IMG/VR virus record: IMGVR_UViG_3300020045_001131
Span: 1-27,778 of that record
Origin: a virus
Lineage: Duplodnaviria; Caudoviricetes
Reading direction: 5' to 3' (one strand)
DNA: 27,778 nucleotides
Notes under the pieces: model-generated
Told to the model about the DNA's origin: nothing
What the model saw: the letters and a program-made list of their open reading frames with translations, nothing else
Database searches by the model: none
Part shown: positions 16,764 through 24,378 of the stretch, in pieces
How the letters are laid out: each line of letters starts with the position of its first letter
Position numbering within the stretch: position 1 is the first letter of the stretch
Translations under genes and position numbers: made by a program

Positions 16764-18545
16764 ATGACTGCAATTATCAAGTCATTAACTCACGTCTGTA
16801 ACGGACAGCCACAGCATATCAATGTTGGCTTTAATCCTGATATTGTTTTCGCCAAGCTAGGCACAGGCGCTACTCCGTGGCTATGGTGGACTAAAACATC
16901 ATGGGTGCAACGTACTCAGCGTGTAGGCGCTACTGATAGCTTCCGCTCAGGCATTATGGGCGTATCTGAAGATGGAGAGTCCTTATTACTCGGCAACGAT
17001 TCTCAGGCTAACGTAGCAGGGCAAACACTCTATTTACTTGCTATTGCAGACAATCACGCAGGCGTTGTCAATGAGTTAGGATGGATAGGTAAAGGTACAG
17101 CGTGGTCGCCGCGTGTGGATAACTTAAACACTGTCGGAGCGGCTAGTGCTGTCCGTATTAAGCGAGATTCAAATCTGGAGCCAGCTTATCGTGCTACAGG
17201 AATGTCTCAAACGTCATTCTATGGTGGGGCAGTAGTTTCAGCACAGGGTATTACAGCAATCAATTCAGATGGCACTATCACAGTAGGTACTGATGCCAAT
17301 GTTAATCAGCTTACAGGTGGCGCTATTGGTGAAGGGCATGATTGTATTGCAACATGGGAAGCCGCTAATGTTATTGAGCATTCAAGCTATGTTGGCAATT
17401 CAACGGCGGGGAATACCTTTGCGCTAAAAGCTGGCTGGGTAGCTTTCGAGATAGTAGCCGATGCTGCCAGCATTAAGGCGGGATTTAAAACTAAGGATAT
17501 GCCCGCTGGATTTATCTGTGCTGCTGATAGCAATGTCTATACAGATGCTTTATCAGTTGCCGATAACATCATCACGTTTGGCTCAAACAACGTCTACAAC
17601 ACATCAGCAACAACTTATCACATCACTGTATTCTATGAATCAAACGGCAGTCAAACAGTAGAGAAAATCCCACGTTCAGCCACTAAAAAAGCTGTAGTTA
17701 CTCGCGGCGCTTCTACTGCTAATGTGAACTGCGGAACTAGCGATACACTTTCAATGGCGGGGGCATTTAGTCTTGAATGGTGGGGTGTATCGAGAGGCAA
17801 TACGGTCAACTCATCAACTACCTATGGCACACTGATGGCGCGCTCTAATGGAACTGAGGGGAGAGCGGACAGTGACGGCCTTATTAATACACTAGGCACT
17901 CGTCTAGATGGCACATGGTCGTGGGGCATTTTAACGAATCGCCCTAACGACCTAGGTGACTGGGCTGGCAATCAATTTATTATCATCACAACTAATTACA
18001 ATAATATATTTGACAACGCTGGCTCTGAAAATAACGTATCTACTAAGCCTTGGCGTACTGGCATTATGGTACCCAAAGAGCCATTTCATGCAAAAGTCAC
18101 ACATAATGGTCTAGGTAAATGGTGTTTTTATCTTAACGGAAAGCTTGTTAAGCAACGCAATATTGATATGACAGGTGTTACGCTATTGGATGATGCTGGT
18201 ACTCGCGTAAACGCAGGAGCAGGAACGGGGCATAACACAGTCTTAGGCGCTAGATATAATGGGTCAGCTATGGGTCAGCTAGGAAAAACTATTATGATTG
18301 GGGCAAGCATCTATGCTGCTGAACTAACCCCCGCCCAAGTCTATAACCAATACCGTAAAAACTTCCTTGAAGAAGATTTGGCAGATGCTGTTGCACCATT
18401 AGAGCAATGGCTGGCTGATAATGCTTCTGGAACTAGCTGGCCTGCATCAGTAAACTCTGCAAACAATGGAACTATTAGCACAAGTGCAGGGGTGGTGCTT
18501 CGCGATCCTTGGCTATATGGCGACATGGAATTCCCGCCTGAATAA
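16764..18545 (+). CDS. Putative receptor-binding or virion protein with LamG/concanavalin-like domain
   Basis: FSLEWW..H..VTHNG..FYLNGKLV..IYAAELTPAQV is a LamG-like pattern. N-terminal VGFNPDIVFAK repeat-type domain. G/T/S/N-rich. Confidence 0.6.
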   Translation: MTAIIKSLTHVCNGQPQHINVGFNPDIVFAKLGTGATPWLWWTKTSWVQRTQRVGATDSFRSGIMGVSEDGESLLLGNDSQANVAGQTLYLLAIADNHAGVVNELGWIGKGTAWSPRVDNLNTVGAASAVRIKRDSNLEPAYRATGMSQTSFYGGAVVSAQGITAINSDGTITVGTDANVNQLTGGAIGEGHDCIATWEAANVIEHSSYVGNSTAGNTFALKAGWVAFEIVADAASIKAGFKTKDMPAGFICAADSNVYTDALSVADNIITFGSNNVYNTSATTYHITVFYESNGSQTVEKIPRSATKKAVVTRGASTANVNCGTSDTLSMAGAFSLEWWGVSRGNTVNSSTTYGTLMARSNGTEGRADSDGLINTLGTRLDGTWSWGILTNRPNDLGDWAGNQFIIITTNYNNIFDNAGSENNVSTKPWRTGIMVPKEPFHAKVTHNGLGKWCFYLNGKLVKQRNIDMTGVTLLDDAGTRVNAGAGTGHNTVLGARYNGSAMGQLGKTIMIGASIYAAELTPAQVYNQYRKNFLEEDLADAVAPLEQWLADNASGTSWPASVNSANNGTISTSAGVVLRDPWLYGDMEFPPE

Positions 18546-18555
18546 AACTTAACCA

Positions 18556-18574
18556 ACCACCTTCGGGTGGTTTA
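18556..18574 (+). terminator. Stem-loop terminator candidate after the tail genes
   Basis: AACCACC-TTCG-GGTGGTT(T). The U-tract is short, so it is probably leaky. Confidence 0.6.
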
Positions 18575-18607
18575 ACTGGGAAATTTGGAAACTAACAATA
18601 AGGCGAC

Positions 18608-18979
18608 ATGATGAATGAATGGGTATTAGTAAAGCTAGGTGGTGGCATCGGTGGTGCGATAGGCACTCTCGCTGCTATAGTCTCACAAAAAGAAGTTTCT
18701 AGGCTTCAAGCATTTGGGATTGTATCAGTAGGGATAGGGCTATCTATATTCGCCCCTAGTTTTATTGCTAGCTCAATCATTATAAAATACAGCCTTGTTA
18801 ATGACTTTGAAACACTGTTCGGGGTTACTGGCCTATTAGGTCTTTTGTTTGGATTGATAGGATTCAAGATTATCGCAGGTGTCTACAAAATGGCCTCATT
18901 GTTTGAAAGCAATCCTATCCCGTTCTTGCGTAAAGACAAAGGCAAGAATGAGGTGATTGATATTGAGGTTAAAGACTAG
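18608..18979 (+). CDS. Putative holin
   Basis: 123 aa with about three hydrophobic segments and a highly charged C-terminus (RKDKGKNEVIDIEVKD). End of the late operon, next to the spanins. Confidence 0.65.
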   Translation: MMNEWVLVKLGGGIGGAIGTLAAIVSQKEVSRLQAFGIVSVGIGLSIFAPSFIASSIIIKYSLVNDFETLFGVTGLLGLLFGLIGFKIIAGVYKMASLFESNPIPFLRKDKGKNEVIDIEVKD

Positions 18980-18980
18980 C

Positions 18981-19008
18981 TTGCATTATCCCCTGTATTT
19001 GATAATAT
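18981..19008 (+). promoter_or_regulatory. Sigma70-like promoter candidate
   Basis: TTGCAT (18981-18986), 16-nt spacer, extended -10 TGaTAATAT (19000-19008). Confidence 0.45.
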
Positions 19009-19014
19009 GCGCTC

Positions 19015-19101
19015 ATCCTGACAGGGAAAGGGCGTATATCAGAGTACTGGAAATACAGCTATATGCTTAGGTTAGCACGAGAACCTGCCCGAACCTCTTG
19101 C
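19015..19101 (+). ncRNA. Candidate structured small RNA
   Basis: Downstream of the promoter candidate with no credible ORF. Nested helices GGGC/GCCC, GUAUAU/AUAUGC, CUG-GAAAUA-CAG and AGGUU/AACCU (hand folding only). Confidence 0.3.
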
Positions 19102-19617
19102 CTATTCACTACAAACACACATCTTACCAGTTAGAGATTCAACCTTATCAATTAAGGCGTTGTGCTTGATACTGTTTTGCTTGCAGGTTTCGAAGTTGCT
19201 ACTGGCGTTAGTAAGGACTTCTTTGACGGTAGCGGTGTTATCTCTTCCGGCCTCGTCAATAGGCTTGGGTCTATCACTATCCTTACTTGCCCCGATGATG
19301 GCTTGATTCCAGAGGTGCAAGCTGTCAGCAGTAAAGCACACATTATCACTAGGAAGCGCATTTACTTTCTCCTTGATAGTTCGATATACGATACGTTCTT
19401 TTACGCTGTCAGCATCGCGCTTTGCAATGATTGGGATGGTTTCTGATATAAGTATATTGTTAACTTTTAAATCATCTTTAACTTTTAGCATTTCAGCAGA
19501 AGTCCACACCAAACGCTCATCATCCACACCGTCACCATGCGCATAAATGTATGTTCCAGCAATAGAGCTAACCCATGCAATTGTGATGCCTAGCAGTATC
19601 CACGGATTAGGTATCAT
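19102..19617 (-). CDS. Rz: i-spanin (Rz-like)
   Basis: N-terminal TM segment (WILLGITIAWVSSIAGTYIY), helical periplasmic part, C..LWNQA and NFETC..HNALID motifs. Contains an embedded lipoprotein gene. Confidence 0.8.
   Translation of the reverse strand: MIPNPWILLGITIAWVSSIAGTYIYAHGDGVDDERLVWTSAEMLKVKDDLKVNNILISETIPIIAKRDADSVKERIVYRTIKEKVNALPSDNVCFTADSLHLWNQAIIGASKDSDRPKPIDEAGRDNTATVKEVLTNASSNFETCKQNSIKHNALIDKVESLTGKMCVCSE
19152..19361 (-). CDS. Rz1: o-spanin (Rz1-like lipoprotein), fully embedded in Rz
   Basis: Signal peptide with lipobox LLLTA-C, Pro-rich mature part, shifted frame inside Rz. Confidence 0.78.
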   Translation of the reverse strand: MRFLVIMCALLLTACTSGIKPSSGQVRIVIDPSLLTRPEEITPLPSKKSLLTPVATSKPASKTVSSTTP

Positions 19618-19832
19618 AACCCAACCTCATACCCGCCACCTTTAATCTTGGTCATCACTTGATTGCGATATGGCTGGCTAAACCCGATATGAATCCACTC
19701 GCCGCCTGGATTAGCTTTACTCACATTCTCAAGTATCAATTGGTCAAACTCGATATTCGATGCTTTGATTGCTTCACATACCTGTCGTGGGGTCATTCCA
19801 GTAACGTTAATTGATAGCAGCTTCTTACTCAT
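19614..19832 (-). pseudogene. C-terminal half of a peptidase M15A-type endolysin (N-terminal half absent)
   Basis: GMTP..V..I..FDQLILE..WIHIG matches the M15A C-terminus. The SGYR..HxxGxAxD half is missing. Directly upstream of Rz. Confidence 0.65.
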
Positions 19833-20134
19833 CACTTACTCCCTTCTGCGATTGCTGCTTCTATTTTCTCGCGTAGATTAAATATTGAATTAGGCGTGGT
19901 GTAGCAAAACTCACACTGAACCTGTGCGGCCTCTCCGTTATGGTCAAAGTCAACAAACCAGCCTATGTCATCACAATGTGGACACTTCAACACATCATCA
20001 GCAGATTGCTGGCCTGCTTGGAAGCCAGCCCATAAGTATTGAGTAGAGCCATGTATGTAAATTCCTGTAGCATCTTTATCAACATAGTAGGCATTCTTAA
20101 TTGCCCAAGCCTCAAACTGTTCGCGGTTGTTCAT
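19832..20134 (-). CDS. Hypothetical phage early protein with two CxxC pairs
   Basis: REQFEAW N-terminus, CPHC..CEFC, GGGGA RBS. Confidence 0.65.
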   Translation of the reverse strand: MNNREQFEAWAIKNAYYVDKDATGIYIHGSTQYLWAGFQAGQQSADDVLKCPHCDDIGWFVDFDHNGEAAQVQCEFCYTTPNSIFNLREKIEAAIAEGSK

Positions 20135-20675
20135 AATTTTCCCCTACAACTAAAACGCATCCATTGCCGAAATTGGCAAACTCACCAAACAGCTTTACCG
20201 CTTCTGCTTTGTATGCAGCATGCGCATCTTCTGGATTGTCAAAAGAACCAAGCATGTATTTCTTGCCATGACAGCTTATTTTTGCCTCATATTTGCGGTT
20301 AGACTTATTAAATGTAACGCCCTTTATTCCAGTTAAACTGTCAGAATTAACTCTTGAATTTAGTAGGTTTTCTCTAAAGCTACATTCTCTTAAATTAGCA
20401 AGCCGATTGTCAGTAGGTATGCCATTAATATGATCGCAAACGTCATCAGGAAAGCTGCCTTTCATGTAGAAAATTGCCAGCCTGTGTGCTAAATATCCAT
20501 GCCCTTTAAACCTGATTATTTGATAGCCTTCATTGTTTACATATCCTGCCACCTGTCCTGGCCTTGCTGTGCCAACAGACTTTATCCATGTGAAAATTCC
20601 AGTTGATGGGTTATAGTCAATAACAGCCATTAACTCATCTTGCGTGAAATTCTCTCTATCGCTGGTTGTGGTCAT
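20112..20675 (-). CDS. HNH endonuclease with C-terminal AP2 DNA-binding domain
   Basis: YLAHRLA..DHINGIPTDNRLANLR..EN (HNH) and GIKGV..YEAKI..LGSFDNPEDAHAAY..LFGEFA (AP2). Start ATG20675 by ATGA overlap. Confidence 0.92.
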   Translation of the reverse strand: MTTTSDRENFTQDELMAVIDYNPSTGIFTWIKSVGTARPGQVAGYVNNEGYQIIRFKGHGYLAHRLAIFYMKGSFPDDVCDHINGIPTDNRLANLRECSFRENLLNSRVNSDSLTGIKGVTFNKSNRKYEAKISCHGKKYMLGSFDNPEDAHAAYKAEAVKLFGEFANFGNGCVLVVGENYEQPRTV

Positions 20676-20929
20676 GATGGTTCCTTTGCATTGCCTGTGC
20701 CGTAACAATCTGGGCAGGTTTGTTGTCGAGGGCCGTCACATTCACAGCCTTTAATTAAGCGCATGACATTTCCTGAGCCGCGACAGCTTTTGCAAACTAG
20801 AAGTTCTAGCTTTTCACGCGCAAATTCAAGGGCAGATTTTTCGGCAGTTAATTCCTTTACGGTCTTTTCAATGACATATATTCGCTTGCCTAGCTCATGT
20901 ATTGATTTGTTAATTTCAACAGCTTCCAT
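20672..20929 (-). CDS. Small coiled-coil protein with DnaJ-type zinc finger
   Basis: CKSCRGSG and CPDCYGTG (CxxCxGxG). GGAGG RBS before ATG20929. Confidence 0.7.
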   Translation of the reverse strand: MEAVEINKSIHELGKRIYVIEKTVKELTAEKSALEFAREKLELLVCKSCRGSGNVMRLIKGCECDGPRQQTCPDCYGTGNAKEPS

Positions 20930-20930
20930 C

Positions 20931-21470
20931 TCACTTCCCTCCATTGGTCAATGTACCGAGGGCTTCACGGGCGGCAATAACTTCTATTTCAGTTTCGCAA
21001 TCCCAATTACCGCAATCTCCACAATTTACTAAGCTCGTGTATCGCTCAAGTAATCCTTGTAATGCTTGTTTAAGCCTCGCCACTTCATCGGATGGTTGGA
21101 GGTAGAGCTTATCCCCAATACTAACTTTTGCAGACATTTCAGCAATACTTAGCCTTCCCAAGAAAACTTTAGCAATGCAATTATCTTCGTTATCTTTTCC
21201 GTAAGAAATTACTATGCCGTCCGCCTCTTGCTCACCGTTAGCTTGTAGTGCTTGGAATCGAGTGTTCCATGCTGCCGTTGCTTTGATGCTGCCATAGTCA
21301 ATCTCGCCTTCTAATAGCTTTGCTTCTGCACCAAGACATGCACATTTTCTGCACATGGATTGCGTTGTATGCAGGCCACTTGGATATTCTGTTAGGACTT
21401 TACCTTCACTAATGTCTGTGCTTCCACAAAATGGGCAAGGCAGTAGCTCAGTATCTTTATCAATGCTCAT
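20931..21470 (-). CDS. Lar-family (restriction alleviation-like) zinc-ribbon protein
   Basis: ELLPCPFCGS..CRKC..AAWNTR pattern, fused to further small domains (CGDCGNWD). Confidence 0.7.
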   Translation of the reverse strand: MSIDKDTELLPCPFCGSTDISEGKVLTEYPSGLHTTQSMCRKCACLGAEAKLLEGEIDYGSIKATAAWNTRFQALQANGEQEADGIVISYGKDNEDNCIAKVFLGRLSIAEMSAKVSIGDKLYLQPSDEVARLKQALQGLLERYTSLVNCGDCGNWDCETEIEVIAAREALGTLTNGGK

Positions 21471-21472
21471 AA

Positions 21473-21670
21473 TTAACCCCATATTCTCGGTTCAAATAAA
21501 TCAGCCAGAGCCTTTGCTGCGATTGAATGCGGATTGATCGGCACGGCAGTTAAAGGTAAATCCCATCCATGTATGTTCTTTAATGCTTCAACCGCATGGT
21601 CAAGCTGTCTTTGTAGCCTGTGGTTTTGATGTTCCACCTCGCTTATGTACATCTTGTCTCCGATATTCAT
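21473..21670 (-). CDS. Hypothetical phage protein
   Basis: Likely start ATG21670. Coiled-coil AVEALKNI..IAAKALA pattern. Tiles between its neighbours. Confidence 0.55.
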   Translation of the reverse strand: MNIGDKMYISEVEHQNHRLQRQLDHAVEALKNIHGWDLPLTAVPINPHSIAAKALADLFEPRIWG

Positions 21671-21672
21671 AA

Positions 21673-22005
21673 TTAACCTTTCAGGGAGAGGATTTTTGAT
21701 TCGATGGCTTCGCATGTATTGCGATTTGCCTCAAACCATTCCTTGCCGTAGTTTTCAAGCTCAGTCCATCCTGCTAGCTTATTATCTCTTGCCACAGAAG
21801 CAGCCTCATCCAGCGCATCATTCCTAGCAGTAAGTAGCTGGGCTTCTAGCGCCTCTACCTGCGATGTTAGGGTGGCTATTTGATGCGCCTGAAATGCTAT
21901 TTCTTCCTTATCATTCCAAGATTCATTCAGAATTAGTGCATTCCAGATATACGACCATCTGTGAGTTTCGGAGTAGTGCGGTTCCGCTGTATGCATATCA
22001 GTCAT
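21673..22005 (-). CDS. Hypothetical phage protein
   Basis: Likely start ATG22005. Coiled coil with ARNDALDEAA..IESKILSLK pattern. Confidence 0.6.
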   Translation of the reverse strand: MTDMHTAEPHYSETHRWSYIWNALILNESWNDKEEIAFQAHQIATLTSQVEALEAQLLTARNDALDEAASVARDNKLAGWTELENYGKEWFEANRNTCEAIESKILSLKG

Positions 22006-22099
22006 CACAATGCCCTTTCGCAAATAATCCGATTAGCACTAGCCACAATGTAGATATGCCGATTGCCCCAATGACAAAGCCTGTCCAAAACTCACTCAT
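21998..22099 (-). CDS. 33-aa single-TM peptide (not in the ORF track)
   Basis: MSEFWTGFVIGAIGISTLWLVLIGLFAKGHCDD. GAGGA RBS, and its stop overlaps the start of the next gene. Confidence 0.55.
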   Translation of the reverse strand: MSEFWTGFVIGAIGISTLWLVLIGLFAKGHCDD

Positions 22100-22155
22100 C
22101 ACTCTTTCCTCTTATGTTGTGAACCTGCAAAAAGCTATTTTTGGCGTTAGTGCGG

Positions 22156-22374
22156 TCAAGCATCGGTACGCGCTACCCGTTGGGGGAGTTGGTATGTTTT
22201 TGCGGTGCAGGTAGCACGCAATACTTGCTGCTGACTAGCAAAGTCTGTCGTGTTTCCATGAGCCGCCAACAATGCTTTTCTTAAATTGTTTGAAAAAGCT
22301 ACCCAGTTGGTGTTAGCTCCTTCACGCATGGAAATTTGATAGGCGCTTCTCAACAATTCATTTAATTCATCCAT
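22156..22374 (-). CDS. Hypothetical phage protein
   Basis: GGAG RBS and TAATG coupling. Confidence 0.55.
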   Translation of the reverse strand: MDELNELLRSAYQISMREGANTNWVAFSNNLRKALLAAHGNTTDFASQQQVLRATCTAKTYQLPQRVARTDA

Positions 22375-22568
22375 TACTCGGCTCCTTTATGCTTAACGGT
22401 CACTGCGCACCCAAACTCGATATGCCTCACACCTGATGGCTGCTTAACAAGCTGAACTTTATCTTTAACCCTAGCTTCCTCTTTTTTGCTTACTTTCAAC
22501 TGCACGCTTGATATGTCCAAAGTGGAAGGAATCGAGTCAAGTTCTTTGCCATTATTTACTTTTCTCAT
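22374..22568 (-). CDS. Hypothetical basic protein
   Basis: AAAGGG RBS, coupled to the next ORF. Confidence 0.5.
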   Translation of the reverse strand: MRKVNNGKELDSIPSTLDISSVQLKVSKKEEARVKDKVQLVKQPSGVRHIEFGCAVTVKHKGAE

Positions 22569-22618
22569 AACTGCCCTTTCAACGGGTAGGCCGTAACGAG
22601 TAAGCGCTCGACCTGATT
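22568..22618 (-). repeat. Intergenic element, copy 1 (AGGTCGAGCGCTT-N12-CTACC-N10-GCAGTTA)
   Basis: 13-bp exact match plus two spaced blocks shared with 27016-27067. Confidence 0.6.
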
Positions 22619-22639
22619 AACAAAATATTGCTTATCTAA

Positions 22640-22933
22640 TTACTGCTGTCCGTTGGTATTGCTGACTGTGGGTGGCTTTTTAACAATCTCATACTCAGTT
22701 TCACTGCCATAAGCATCAAGGCTGTCTCTATCCATTCTTACCGAGTAATCCCATTCGTTAATCTTGTCGAAGTCTATAATCTGCCACTTCCAACCATCAC
22801 TCGTAGCCACTCGGCGGCATTTTCTTATTGCTTCAGCATCGACTTCCATTACTCCAAGGTTTGCGCCTACTGCCATCCTTAGCGATCCGAATTTAATCCA
22901 TACAGGCGCATACAATTTCGGCATTTTGCTCAC
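22640..22933 (-). CDS. Hypothetical phage protein
   Basis: AGGAGGT RBS before a GTG start. Confidence 0.6.
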   Translation of the reverse strand: MSKMPKLYAPVWIKFGSLRMAVGANLGVMEVDAEAIRKCRRVATSDGWKWQIIDFDKINEWDYSVRMDRDSLDAYGSETEYEIVKKPPTVSNTNGQQ

Positions 22934-22961
22934 ATCTACCTCCTATATAGTTTGTGGGTGG

Positions 22962-23366
22962 TTAGGCTGGAATTATTTGTTCAGCTACCCATTCACGTAC
23001 ATGCCGCCAGCGCTTTTCAGGTGTTGCTTCGCTGTACCAAAGGTACTCATCGTTGTGGTAAACAATTTCACGCGCCAAAGCGTCCGCAATACCAAAGGTT
23101 TTAGCCACTAATTCACTGTTATCCGCATCAATGGTAGACATATCAATGCCACGATTTTTACCAACAACACCCAATGCGCAGAAGCTGCCATTTTCTTCCA
23201 ACACGTCTTCGACCAGCTCTTTAACTGGCATTGCATCCAGCGCATCCAATAACTCTTTCAAGAATGCTTGGCCTCGTTTGCCTTTAATGGCTGAGTTCCT
23301 AGCGCCGGAGTAACGAATCATTGCCCAGTTGTCTTCACAATCTTCTGAATATCCGCTTCTGCTCAT
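22962..23366 (-). CDS. Conserved phage hypothetical protein
   Basis: MSRSGYS..KRGQAFLKELL.ALDAMP..CALG..REIVYHND..PEKRW pattern. AGGAG RBS. Confidence 0.75.
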   Translation of the reverse strand: MSRSGYSEDCEDNWAMIRYSGARNSAIKGKRGQAFLKELLDALDAMPVKELVEDVLEENGSFCALGVVGKNRGIDMSTIDADNSELVAKTFGIADALAREIVYHNDEYLWYSEATPEKRWRHVREWVAEQIIPA

Positions 23367-23432
23367 GTCATTCTCCTAATAGCTGTTCAATACTCACTTA
23401 CTGTTCATTTAAATCTAACTGCATTAGTGTGG

Positions 23433-23798
23433 TTAAGAGCCAACACAAAATATTATTTCAGTTTCAAATGGCGGCTCTAAAGTCATGCTGATATGCTCAC
23501 CAAAAATAGACATTAAATTCCACATTTGAAACTTACTATATCCATTTTCATCAACAGATGGTTTTACATAAACCCAGTCAGACGGCATAAATCTTGTGTA
23601 TTCTGATTTGTGTATTTTTAGGCCACGAGCAGTTAGTTTAACCTTCACATATTCATTGATGTTAAATGCCACTTCACGTTTTTCCAGTGATGCATTCAGC
23701 ATATCAACATGCCCTATCAAATCCTGCACAGCACTTAATGCAGCCTCGGTATATATCTTTGATGCTTCGTCAGGAGTGGTGGGGAGGATGTTAGTCAT
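23433..23798 (-). CDS. Conserved phage hypothetical protein
   Basis: FNINEYVKVKLT..DENGYSKFQMWNLMSIFG domain. AAGGA RBS. Confidence 0.7.
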   Translation of the reverse strand: MTNILPTTPDEASKIYTEAALSAVQDLIGHVDMLNASLEKREVAFNINEYVKVKLTARGLKIHKSEYTRFMPSDWVYVKPSVDENGYSKFQMWNLMSIFGEHISMTLEPPFETEIIFCVGS

Positions 23799-23809
23799 GG
23801 GTAGTCCTT

Positions 23810-24070
23810 TTATGCTAATTTAGATGACATAGTTAAAGAATTTCTGCATACATCACACAAATCATTTTTAGTGGCTATACGGTCGCAAAAATCACATAAA
23901 TCCATATTCTTATCAGAAGCACGCTTAAATCGGTAAGCAGCTTTGTAAACAATCTGAGCCGTAACCTTACCGAAACAAGGGAATCCAGTGCGCCCCCACA
24001 AAATATGGTCACATAAAGAATCGCTAGCATTTGGTATTGCAGCTCTAACTATTTGCAAAGCCGTTGTCAT
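23810..24070 (-). CDS. Hypothetical phage protein with C-terminal Cys cluster
   Basis: ILWGRTGFP, CDFC..CDVC. AGGAG RBS. Confidence 0.65.
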   Translation of the reverse strand: MTTALQIVRAAIPNASDSLCDHILWGRTGFPCFGKVTAQIVYKAAYRFKRASDKNMDLCDFCDRIATKNDLCDVCRNSLTMSSKLA

Positions 24071-24165
24071 CTTTCATCTCCTAAGTAAGTTAATAGTGAT
24101 GGTAGAGTAAATATAATAGTAGGGCTAATTGATTGTTACTATTGCTAATGGGCTAGTAATTTAAA

Positions 24166-24378
24166 TTACTTATTACTCAATTCCATTGCTTTAAACAAAT
24201 TATCCATATGAGCATCTAGCTCAATTTTTACATTTTTAATGTCATCATAATCACGATATGAAAGTATGCGTGACGCACAATCTCTTATGCCTTCTTTTGC
24301 TGTCTTAATGGCTCGATATTTAACTTGTTCTCTACCATATCGAGCCATTTCAGAATCGTCGTGATACTTGTCTAACAT
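24166..24378 (-). CDS. Hypothetical protein
   Basis: TAATG-coupled to the SSB-like gene. Confidence 0.55.
   Translation of the reverse strand: MLDKYHDDSEMARYGREQVKYRAIKTAKEGIRDCASRILSYRDYDDIKNVKIELDAHMDNLFKAMELSNK

Noticed and set aside
19102-19361. Possible frameshift fusing the o-spanin N-terminus to the Rz C-terminus
   Set aside because: The NFETC..ALID tail is a normal Rz ending, and a fully embedded Rz1 is an established architecture.
22173-22589. 10-bp inverted repeat CTACCCGTTG / CAACGGGTAG as a possible invertible segment
   Set aside because: It is short, one arm lies inside a CDS, and no recombinase or invertase is in the window. Compatible with chance.
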